From positions 2,046,001 to 2,110,000 of the forward strand of contig CDLV01000006.1 in the NCBI GenBank assembly GCA_001244265.2: 64,000 nt of DNA. The letters run 5' to 3'. Of this stretch, positions 33,465-44,720 are shown piece after piece. Under the pieces are notes generated by a model. The model searched no databases. It saw only the letters and a list, made by a program, of their open reading frames with translations, and had not been told where the DNA came from. The position numbers were made by a program, and so were the translations under genes. Within the stretch, counting starts at the first letter, position 1; each line of letters begins with the position of its first letter. The DNA comes from Microbotryum violaceum. Its lineage: Eukaryota.

Positions 33465-36400
33465 AGGCCGCTTGCGCAAGGTCTCGGTCCTGAATCATGA
33501 CTCATGGCATGGCATGACTTGCCTCCAACCCAGTGGACAGAGAGAGGTCTCTTGAATCTCATTCGTAGCCATCAGCTCTTCTGCACCCACCTAGCTGAGC
33601 CCGCTGCTGTTACTGCTGTCTGCTGAACCCTGAGCCGAGGCCGCCGGAAGCGGATCGCTTGAGCCCCAGCTGAGCGCCACTCAGCCGGCCACGCGCCGAG
33701 CGTGCCGCTGGTGTAAAGAGCCTACCCCCATTGCGATCATCCGCATGTACCGGAGATGATCGCTACGTCCTTGCGTCGCTCGAGGTCGATCGGCTAAAAG
33801 CCGGGTCGGGCAATGGCGCGGCGGGAGCTGGATGACGGGTGGTCGAGGCGCGACTCGACGACTGCAAAAGAGTTGAGATCGATCCTGAGGGATAGACGAG
33901 GGACGACTTGAAGATGTGGAAAGAGTCGAGCCGGATTTGAAGGGATTTGGCCAGTCGTTAACGTAAGCCCGAGGCACATTGTCCCGGATCTAGTCTACGA
34001 AAGCAAGAGCCGAGAGATCAGCAATGGGACACGGAACAAGGGACGGCAAACGGCCAACGTGAATCGATGAGACTGACCTGTTTCCTCTAGACCCAGGTTG
34101 TGAGAGTTGATCAGCTCCAGATATGCTGCTGGACCTCGTTTCTCAGCCGCGACCCTAGCTTCCGTCTTGCCGAAAGCCATCGCGCGTTGTTCATCTGAGC
34201 GTAGATCGGCTCGGCGAGCTTCGATTTTGGCAGCCATGGCAGCGAATTGTTGTTCATTTTCTGGAGCGTTACCATCATGTTCATCATAACGAGCTGTTGA
34301 GCTGGAGTGAGTGGAGCTTGAGGTTGAGGTTTCTAAGAAGAGTCGGGCGCGAGCCCCACCACGCGCTCGATATGTTGTTGTACCGAAGGAGGTGCATCGC
34401 CAGCGGTTGCAGCGCCAAAAGAAGAAGCCGTATCGGAATTCAAGGCCAAGCTGAACAAATTTTCGGTCGAGCTAGATGCTGATCCGTTCATGTTCATTAG
34501 GAGAGGCGAGGGGAAGACAGTGGCAGGAGGAAAAGAAGCAAATCCAGGCGGAACTCGAGGCGGTTGCCTGTGTCGGGCCGCGCACGCCCCTTCCCCCTCC
34601 CCCGCCGAAGCGATGCAAGTGATGCCATTAGCAAGGAGGAGAGCAGGAAGGGCAAGGGTGTGCAAAGATTCGCAAGTGGGAAGCAAGCAGAAGAAGAGGA
34701 AGACTGGGGGAAGCGCGCAAGTGTTGATCTGCCAGGACGACGACGACGACAAAGCGAGCGAGGATGATTCACCATCGTCGGGACTTTCGGAATCAAGTGC
34801 GGAGAGGCGTCAAGTTCAGGACATCCTTGCGGGGAAGCAAAGAATTCAGGTGATTCGGATCCGAAGAGGGATCAGGAGAAAACGTTACCTCCGCCACCGA
34901 ACTTTGGTCCGAAGCGACAGCCAAGGCAGGTGATTGAGCAACAGATGCAATCACTTGCCGACTCAAGAGAACCTGCTACCGCTAGCTCTTCGACCGAAAC
35001 TCCAGAAGATCTCACTCGCCTTGCTACCCCGCCTTGTCGAACGCGCCTTCGGAGAATTTTTCCCCTCGACGCTCGGAACGAACCTCTCGTCCCCCGCGGC
35101 CACGAGACTAACCATGCGTTGTAGACTAGCGAGTTCGGATTGAAACTATAGACATTAATTCGTAACATGTACCAAATTTTGACTCTTGTGCGAGACAGAG
35201 ACGATCGGCGCATCGGCGACACTGCGCGGCTGTCACTTTGTCACTCGGACGAGGCCCAGCTTGGACCATCAATTCCAGCTAGCGAGCGATAAGGTATAAT
35301 TTGAAAAGCTGTCACATTGCAAGGTTCTCTTCCGACCATCGAACAGCCACCAAATACTTCCGCCGCGCCTCCTCCATAAAAACGAGCATTTTAATTTAAT
35401 TTAATTTTTGTTTTATTTAAAAAAAAAAAAAAAAAAACCCTCATTGAAGCTTCGTACGCTCCTCGTCTTTACATCCCACTCGCCCACTCGCACACATACA
35501 ATCCTCACACAAAGCGCTCCTTTCCTTCCTTGTTGAGCGGATAGTTCGTCCATTTCGAGCACATCAACGCCTGGATGGGGTACCTTCTAGACGACGCCAA
35601 GTACGCTCATGTCAACAACTTAAGCGATGAACCAACTGCAAGTCAAATACAAAGGGGACCGCTCACCCATTGCGCTGCGACAACAAAGCTCGCCAGAGCC
35701 ATACCTACCAGATGATGAATCGGATTCATATGAGGATGAGGATGACTCGAAACGCTCGGCAGCTTTGGTCGCAGTTCCCCCCAAGTCCTCGATGTCTCGC
35801 ACCTCCTCCGAGTCAGCCTCGGGGCTTTCGAACTCTGGCAAGAACTGTTCCAGCGATTTCGAAGAGGATTCGACAAGCGATTCATACTACGGAGTCGAAG
35901 AAGACAGTTCAGAGGAGCTATTAGCTGACAACCGACGTCGTCTCCGCACCACGCCTGGCTCGGAAAGACAAGATTTGGACCGGCATACCTGCGAGCTCTC
36001 TCGGCGGAACGCAGACCGACGAACTGTCGAACACAAAGCGCGGAGGCATTTCTCTCAAACATCATCTTCACCACTGCAGAGCACAACGAGCTCCGTCTCA
36101 GGCCGCTCGTTCCTCGCAAGCAGAAATCCTAATGGAAATTTGTAAGCAACCTCCCTGTCCTGGAGCTCCTAAGGTTCATAGCTACAGAGGTGTGTCGAAG
36201 CTGCGTGCTGCGCTGCGTTTTGTTTCGTCCTGTGATCGACCTAACTCTTCTTCGTGACCTATATCAATAGACGCATGACTGGGCTCCACGCAAATACGAA
36301 TGCTGTCTCGCTATCGTCGAGCGACCTTACGGTAAGGCGCCCTCGTCTACTCATCATCAACAGCCGTCGGACGTGGCAGTGGGGATCTGATGACGTCCAG

Positions 36401-37045
36401 AACTGCCCATCACTCTTCTAGAAGCTTGGAGTCAACCCGCGAAGGTCGAACTGCTGTGGAGGTTCTGCGGATGGCCGTCGTTGCTCGGGGGCCTGCAAAA
36501 GAGATCGGGGACGTTTGAACATCGTTCACCTGCAATGATCATACAAGCAAAAGTCCGCCGATGTCGAAGCGTGACTTATTAGAATCTGTATCTTCGCTCA
36601 ATCTCTATGAACTGTTCTTCATGGATGAGAGAAGCGAGGGACCGGTGCCAATTCTGGTCTAATCCGAGCCGGCGCAATCACGTTCGGGAGCGTCGACCTT
36701 GGCGGTTCGGGCGCCGGACCGCTGCGGAGAGGCCAAGCGGGGCAGAAGAACATCGATGTAGTAGCTACTGCTTCGTCCGCCTCGTCTCACCGGCCAGAAG
36801 TACTATAGACCTATACATGCATCAAAGTACTGTTCCCAGAGTGATACATCACACATTGCAAGAGATACAGGCGTCTATACTATGTGGTACCAAAGCCCCC
36901 ATGAACGTGGTACAAGAATGACCTCGGATGTGATCGATGTGATCCCAAAGTCCGCATCGATGTGATCCCAGTCCGCTCCGATGTGATCCCAAAGTCGCCT
37001 CCGATGTGGGACCAGAGTCGCCTCCGATGTGGGACCAGAGTTGCC
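32806..37045. mobile_element. ~4.2-kb element with ~300-bp terminal inverted repeats and 21-bp subterminal tandem repeats (MULE/foldback-like, non-autonomous)
   Basis: 32806-~33100 is the reverse complement of ~36690-37045. Both ends carry arrays of CCGATGTGGGACCAGAGTCGCCT-type units. The interior has degenerate ORFs and poly(A) tracts; no transposase recognised. Confidence 0.8.
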
Positions 37046-38907
37046 ATTTTCGGAACCAAAGTGCTCTGCTATTCGCGCGATTAACCTAATTCCGTTATTC
37101 CGTTATATTTTGAGGACCCAAAATCCTGAAAATCGTCGAGGCGCATTGCAAAAATTTGACACTCTGAGACGAAACACACATTCTGCCCCCGAGGCGCCTT
37201 TGCAGATTTGACATTTTTCCCGTGGGTCGACGCAATTTTGGCCTACCCTGAGCAGCCTTCGGCATGACTTTGGGCCCGTTCGCCTTCGCTTCGAGACGCG
37301 CGTCGCAATGCTCGCGCTTGTACAGGTCACTAGTCATTTTTGTGATCACTTTATTAGTGCACATTATGGTGTAGGTTGCCATTTCCACTTCCCCGTAATT
37401 CGGACATTTTCCTCCCTCCGGTCGAACTTTGAAGCGCAGACCAGGGTAGCGGGAGGCCGGAGGCTGGCCCAGGCGCAGGGCACTGCATAGCCGGCCCAGC
37501 GGCGCGCTGTTTGCGTTTGGAGCGCGTTAGTGTCTGCATTTGGTGTAAGGTATGCGCCTCTGATGTGCATAAAATACAATCCGTTGTTTTTGACCGCCAG
37601 GCTAGAAGCAAGTCGTAACTAGAACTCGAGAGTTCTAGCTACTCAGAGGCTACTTAGGGGGCTGTTCCTGTAAGGCATCCCCTTACATTTGCGATCATTT
37701 ATCGCCGTTTTTGATCCTCTCTCGCTCGGAAAGCCGACTTGTCGAGCTACGTCTCCTCTTCTTCCTTTCGATCTGGAAGCTCTCTCGCCGAGAAACATCT
37801 TTCTTTTCCTAGTCGGTCGATAGATTCACAGGGTTCGCCGGCGCCGATTCTCGTCGAATTCTTTGGAGCCGATCACCGAAATGGCACTCGAAGAGCTCGA
37901 GCGTCAATTCAGGGGTCCAAGGCTTGCCTTGTGTCTCTGTAAATCACCCAAGGGGGATTTGGCGGGCATGATTGATCTGACTCAGGGTCAATGGGTCCTA
38001 CACTACTGGCCTAGCCAGTGTGCTTAAATGCATTTCCTCCGACTTTTCCAAAGATTTCTAGGTATTAGGATATAGCGCGCGGCTGAGAACCATATTTTGG
38101 GGTGCATCCTTTTCTGCAGTAGGTTATAGTGTCATTTTAATCCATCAAATGCTAAATGATAAACAATGAGATCCTATTCGACTCCATTTCATTTTGAGAA
38201 GGCTCGTTGGCGGTCGCGCTGGCTGCGTTTTTAGCCTCTTGGTGCGCGCGCGCAACCTTTCCCGCCCGCCCGCGACGGGAATGCAGTCTGACGTCTGCGC
38301 GTAGCGCAGAAAAAATTCTGAGCATTGTACAACTCGTAGAGTAGTTTTGTGAAATATTCAACACTAGGCGGCCCTCATATTCGGAAATTTTCAGTCAGGC
38401 TCCGGGAAGAATGTTGGACATTTTGCCTCGAAAAAGGCCATTTTTAGAGCTTAGAGGGCCGCCTATGGCTGGGCTTTCGGGGGTCCTAGTGAGCCCTAGT
38501 GAGCCTCAGGTCGACTCTCGCCTCAATTTTGAAACGACTCTCGGCCTTCTCGTGCCGACGACGATCGCTGCCCGAGTAAGTCGGTCATTTCATTCAACTC
38601 GACGTTGGGTCCCCACTTGACGACCTCACGGACGTGGGATGTATGCGCCGACCTGTTGCTGACGTTGTCGTGCCTTGATGCTCTGTGCCTCTTCCCCCTC
38701 GGTCAAACCCCCCCCCCCCCCCCCCCCCATCCCTGCTCGAACCTAGCCTGCGCCCGCGCCTGCTGCGTCCGTCGCCGCCAGCTCAACTCGACCCGACGCC
38801 CCATCCGGTGCCCACCAAAAGGCTCCGCGTCGGACGCGTGCCGACGCGACAAGACGAGGTCATCCTAGCCCGACAGTGGTCAGTCGTTCAAGACGGGTCC
38901 TTGCGCG

Positions 38908-41900
38908 ATGTGGGTCCGATGGTCATCCCTCCCCTTTCCTGCCCACTGCCCCCTCCTCCCTTGCTCCCCCCTCCCCTGCCCTCCCCTCTCGACACGCCTG
39001 CGAGCCCGCCTTGTCCGTGCTCGCGCTTGTCCGGGCTCGCGCGTGCGTTGGCACGACATCTTGGGCCACTTGCCACCAGCTCTCCCTCGCCTGCTTGCTC
39101 CCGGAATAGCCCTGTCCTAGCATCATTACTGACGTCACGCTTTGTCTAGGTACCCGACCACGACTTCTAGCTCGATCGACCCAACCGCCGTGTATGCCTC
39201 TCAGGCCATCGGCTCACAACGACCGCTCTGGCAGCAGCAAGCGCACATGCAGCACCAACATCAGCAGCAGCCACAATCACAACAGCAGCAGCAGCAACAT
39301 CAAGCCGAACTCAACAACGGCATGTCGAATTATGGGTACAAACCGGGGCCACCGAACTTGTTCTCACCGCAGGGTCACAACCCGGGGAATCCATCGACGG
39401 CTCTGCTCGCGCAGCAAATGGCTCAGCAACAGCAACAGCAGCAGGCTATGGCCGCCGCTGGTCTTGGACACCTGACATCGCAGCAGCAACAAGCCTACAT
39501 CCAAGCCAGGCAAACCCAGATGCAAGCCCAGGCTCAGCAGGCGCAGGCTCAAGGGACCCAGAACGGTGGATCCGTGGCCCCTCCTTTGCCGGGTCAGCCT
39601 CGATTCGACTTTGCGAACCAGCATCAGCCACCGCAGTCTTTGCAACAGATGGGAGGTTTTGTACATTCACCTTTTGGTGCGTCTCAACAGCAACAACAGC
39701 AACAACAGCAACAGCAGCAACAGCAGCAACAGCAGCAACAGCAGCAACAGCAGCAACAGCAGCAGATGCCCCATCCCGGCTCCGCGACTCAAGCAATCTC
39801 GATGGATGTGCAAGCCTTCATGCGAGCGTTCTTGGCCCAAGGACCGATCACTCCCGAGCGATTTGCCGCTTTACCGCCGCAGCAACAGCAAATCGTCTCT
39901 CATGTCATGCGCCAACGCCGACTTGCCCAGCAGCAGGCGCAAGCACAAGCTCAAGCTCAAGCGCAAGCGCAGGCTTCCGGGCCCGCTCAAGGGCAGCTTC
40001 CATCGCAGCTGGGTAACAGTGGGACCTTTCAACCGAATGGGGTGCCCATCTCTTCAATGCCTCAACCCTCCTCGGGAGCACCGGCAGCTTCAGGCATGAG
40101 TCACCCGTCTCCAACACCGACCCTCCCTGGAGTTACAAACGGACAACCCATGGCAACGGCTACGGCAATACCAGCAGCACCAAATCCGAAATCGAGCACC
40201 ACTTCTGCACCGAGTCCAATGAGTGCTCCATCTCCGATAGCTGCTGCTCAGATGTCCGGCGCCAATGCAGCGTCCTCAACGCCTCAGCTGCAGCCAGGGG
40301 CCTCTACGAGCTTTTTGCGAGCGATCATGGATTTCTATCAAAAGCGAGGCATGACATGGCCCGGTGCACCGACCATCGAAGGCAGGACGGTGGATCTGAG
40401 CGCTCTGTATGCTTGTGAGTCGGACATTTGTTGCCGTTGCCCCTTCTCGAGAACGCTGCCCGCTAACCCAGCCATCTTCGTCACCTACCTTCCAGTCGTC
40501 ATGCGGGGTGGTGGTTTCCAACGTGTGCACACCGCGGGGCAGTGGCGACAGATTGCCCACGTGCTTGGGTTTCCTGCGCCGACGCCTGCGGCCCAACCCG
40601 AGTCGCGGTGTCAACAGATCGCAGCAGCCTACCACTCGATCATCCTTCCTTTCGAGACGGCTTTCGTACAAATGCGCGCCCAGCAACAACAGCAGCAAGC
40701 CGCTCAGGCCATGCGCGCAGCTCAGGCAGCTGGTCAAAGTGCACCCACAACGAACGGAGTACCTTCGTCAGGTCCTCCACCTGTGACACTTGCAAATGGA
40801 TCGGTTGTGCTCGCGGCGCCAGCTTTTACTGCGCCGGTCCCAATGGTTACCCCCGCCCCCAATCCCACTCCTATACCTGTCTCTGTATCTACCCCTTTCC
40901 CCCTTCCCCAAGCCGCACCTGTCCCTAGCTCTAGCGCCATGCCACCAGCAGGTATGAACCGAGCACCTTTCGCTGGACCGGTCGCATCCCAATCTCCTTC
41001 CATTATGCCTGCACCCGTGGCGCCGATAAATGCCCCGGTGCAGTCTGCGCCAAACCCTGCGCTCGCGGCTGCAATCAATGCTCGGATGGGAACCACGGAT
41101 CGCAAAGGCAAGGGTAAAGCGAAGGAAGAACCGACGCCAGTGGCTTCTCTTCCTGCTGGGAATGGTACGTTCATGGTGATCCGTCCCCCTCTGGGAAGCG
41201 CACGCACGAGCTGACTCTTACTGGGGATGTGCGATGACTTCCTCAGGCAAAGGAGCTGCACCATTACAACAAACCCAGCAGCAGTGGCCGTCCCGGGGCC
41301 CGGACACCTCATTCGCTACCAAGCCAATGTTGCCCCCTCCTGCTCCGGTCGTCCCACCGCGGCGGAAGCGACAAAAGATAGCATATCATCCCTTGGCACG
41401 CGTTGTTGATACGCACGCCAGCTGGGATCTTGGTGCAGTCGAGGAAGGGCTGCATGCTGTGACAACGCGTAAACGACCTCGTGTCGCTGCGGACCTCAAC
41501 GTAATCGATGTGCCTTCGCTCGTGATGTCGCTGAAGAGCCGCCTGGCGAGCGAAGTCGCGTTCGCGCTTAATGCGCTGACGTTGGTCTCTTTGTCGATGA
41601 GGATCGTACCACACGACAACCAGTCGATTCCTTTCCCTTTGGCCAATTGTGGTGCCCTCCTCGAGGAGCTGGTCGAACTGCTCGAAGAAGTCGCTTTCGG
41701 CCTGCCAGTGGATGAGGACGAGCCGGAGGATGCCCTGGGACAAAGCGAAGATGCCACGTTACTCAACGATCAATTGGGCGAACACGTCAGCGCCAGTGGA
41801 TCCAAACAAGCCTATATTTTCGGTCCGAAGCCTCGAAGCTATCGCGAGCTGTTCAAGCTGGTAGTTCAGGAGGAGAGTGAACTGCGCGACGGGATGCGGA

Positions 41901-43048
41901 TCGAGTCGAGCGACAAGCAAGACCCTATCGCCTTAGCCAACAACGGTGCCGTCCCATTGGGTCGAACCGAAACGGTCTTATCGCTGACAAATCTGCTGCG
42001 CAATCTGTCCGTTTCGGACGACAATGCGCGCTTCATGGCTTCGGATCGATGGCGCGTGCTCGAGGTGCTGCTCCGAATTGCCCAAATTCCACTGCGACGC
42101 AACTCCGCGACGCCCAACCCGACTCAACGGCCTCTCCGAATTTCGGCCGGTGACCTCATGGTTGTGCGGAAAGATGTGCTCGAAACGATCAACAATCTCG
42201 GACTCGAAGTCAAGCTTGAGGATCTCACCGCGTCCACCGCTCGGGCCTTGTTCGACCTCTTGATGTTCTTTTTGCGCGACGCGGACCACCACGACCAACT
42301 CTATTTTGATCTCTCGACATCGCCGTCGATATCCTCTCGTATCGTCCAACCCAATACCGTGCGAGTGTCGCACTACCTCGAGCTCGGCGTCTCGGCATTC
42401 GCGAGAGCGACGGTCCTGGATGCGAATCGTTACGTCGTCGCTGATCTTGCCGTCGACACGGACCTGTACGCGCTCTTCGAATCCTTGATTCACCTACTCC
42501 CGATCACCGAAAGAGATTTCCAACTTGTTACAACCGAAGCGGGCCTCGTCTTTGTCGAAAATCTTGCCATGTCGCTGTACAACCTCGCTTTCCTCGCCCC
42601 ACTCGAGCTGAAGATGCGGCTGCGCGAGATGCCTGCATTCATCAAAGCCCTTTTGCGCGTCGTTCGTCGACTGGCGGGGACGATGACGAACCCATCCGAG
42701 AACGCTTTCCTGACCTTGTCGGATCGGTGTATCTCGACACTGCAGCTGCTCTCCGACTGCGGCGGCGTCGTCGGTGGCGTGGGCGGAGCGCGCAATCAAA
42801 ATGATGTCTTGTGGTGGGGTCTAAGCATGTCAGGGTCCCAAGAGGACCGGCCGCTGCAAGCGATGCCGACAGAGGCCGACCATGGCACGGTCAAGCCCCG
42901 CCTGCCGTCGCAGGGAACGAAGCAGGTGACGATTCCGATCCTGACGGGTGAAACGAGGAGTCTTTTGGAATGGCTTCACTCGGGATCCCTGACGAGCGTA
43001 TTTGGTCAGCTAGCGGCGATGACTAACACGGTTGGATCGAAGCAGTGA
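38908..43048 (+). CDS. SWI1: SWI/SNF subunit Swi1/ARID1-like (polyQ, ARID domain, C-terminal armadillo region)
   Basis: ARID motif FLRAIMDFYQKRG..PTIEGRTVDLSALY..VMRGGGFQRV..QWRQIAHVLGF and C-terminal LVMSLKSRLASEVAFALNAL. Predicted start is AT(38908-9)|intron|G(39150). Confidence 0.85.
39685..39765 (+). repeat. Coding CAG/CAA polyglutamine tract
   Basis: (CAGCAACAG)n run encoding 27 consecutive Gln in the SWI1-like ORF. Confidence 0.95.
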
Positions 43049-44720
43049 TAACCCTTGTGATGGAGTGTTTCCTCGTCTCGGTGTGTTCTTCTTTCTTGCC
43101 TTCTTGGTTGCTTGTTTGTAGGAATTTGGGCTGGCTGTAGGTCGCATGTTGGCCTCCACTGTCGTCTGTAAGAAACGCCTAAGTCTCTGGACATCGCCCG
43201 CATTGTTCGATATGAACAATAGAGAGCCATAGAGAGCCTTGAATGCACTTCTTGTATTCCGATTGTTCCAAAGTCCGAGACTCTCGGCTCGACTCGAGTG
43301 AGCAAAAGGGAGGGATACTGGCGCTTCGGAGCGCTTGCTCGCTGAATGTTGAACATCACTGATCCGACGCGGGAAAACTCTGAGCTGGCTGTATGCACTT
43401 TCTGTGGGCTTGCGGTTAGCGCGGGCCAGACTGGGCCAGTGTCCGCCTCTGCCCTCCCGAACGCCTTGTTTCCCACAACAACGGACCTACGAATCTGCGC
43501 CCATCCGACCGTATCCGCACCAGCTTCGTCTCAACTGTGCATCGAGCACCGAGTTGAACCTCCCAAAATTTGCGCGGCACCCCTGATCGGCGCACTCGGT
43601 AGCGCTCAAAGCGGCGGTGGACAGCGGGACGCCTAGCGCCAACCTATAAGCGAGGAATCCTGAACCCGCCCGACTCGAGTCGGTTGCTATCGCTTGCTGC
43701 ACTTTGCACGACTTGACCGACGATCTCAGGGTGTGGTCGAGACTGCTCTAACCCCAAGGTCAGTCCTTCCCCATGCTGCACGTGCACCTAGAGATGATAT
43801 ACCCCTTTCGCTCAAGCAACGATGACCGACGACAACGACGCGATCGACCACCGCAAGCGGCAGCGGCGGCCCAGCCCGAGCCCACCGGGTTTCGTCGTTC
43901 GGATTGGCTTGACCCCGAAGCCGACGCGGACCGACACCTGTGCGCGCTACCCTGTGCCATCTCGAGGATCTGCACGTTCAGCTATCTCGGCAGTGTTGGC
44001 CGATGCTACACAGTCCTACAACAGGATCGACAAGGTCGAGTCGCCCTTGGTGTCCCCGTCGCGGCACCGGCGGCACGCGCGCGACACTCAGCAGTTCTGC
44101 ACACCTCCTTGCGCCACGCTCGACTGCTCGCCTCGCGCGGTCTGGTGTTCATGCCCGCAGCGCCTGAGGCCTGAGGCCCCCGGCCCCGTAGAGCCGAGCG
44201 CGACGGCCCCCCCCCGCTAGCCTCAGCCTCGAGATTGATTTGTGCCTGAAGACGAAAGGCTCAACCCCACGCTCTTTCCACCTCCTACCCATTACAGGGA
44301 CAGCGACCGCATCCAATACCGCTACCGCACAGCGGTCCCGCTCACCGCGGACCGACTTCCCGGCCTCACCCGAGCACCGTACAAGATAAGGAAGGGGTAA
44401 GTGATCAGCCGGTGCGCTCCTGCCTGCTCGGACTCGGATGGGCGGGGTGATGATCGCGATTCTAACGTGTCCGGCTTGTCCGTCCTTCGCATGCATTCCG
44501 CGTTTCTTACCATGTGCTCGTGCCTCCCTGTAGTAGCGCATCGCATTGCGCCAACAGGACTTTGACGTGATTCAGTCATCATTCGGAAGGTGATCGTCGT
44601 CACTGGCACTACCACAGTCTTCCATCGCAACAAATCCCGCTCCAAACGCCGACGAGTGTGACCCGACTGGCCGGGTCTGCGCCGATCCCCCTGCCCGCAC
44701 TCGATCGGCCATCGCGCGAC

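Larger units (their letters stand above)
27454..38488. mobile_element. ~11-kb nested transposon island bracketed by a 22-bp inverted repeat
   Basis: TAGGACCCCAGAAAGCCCAGCC (27454-27475) matches the reverse complement of 38467-38488 at 21/22 positions. No intact host gene between them. Confidence 0.5.

Noticed and set aside
33097-33562. Poly-Phe hydrophobic ORFs
   Set aside because: They are translations of the poly(A) tract read on the minus strand.
36920-37045. 21-bp repeats as a CRISPR array
   Set aside because: The units abut without spacers and are mirrored in the opposite TIR, so they are transposon subterminal repeats.
37095-37611. Possible transposase C-terminal fragment (GRPK..R, CQIC)
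   Set aside because: The motifs are too short and split across frames to support a call.
43346-44645. Several 60-130 aa ORFs between the SWI1-like and Sds3-like genes
   Set aside because: No recognisable domain; consistent with GC-rich UTR or promoter sequence.
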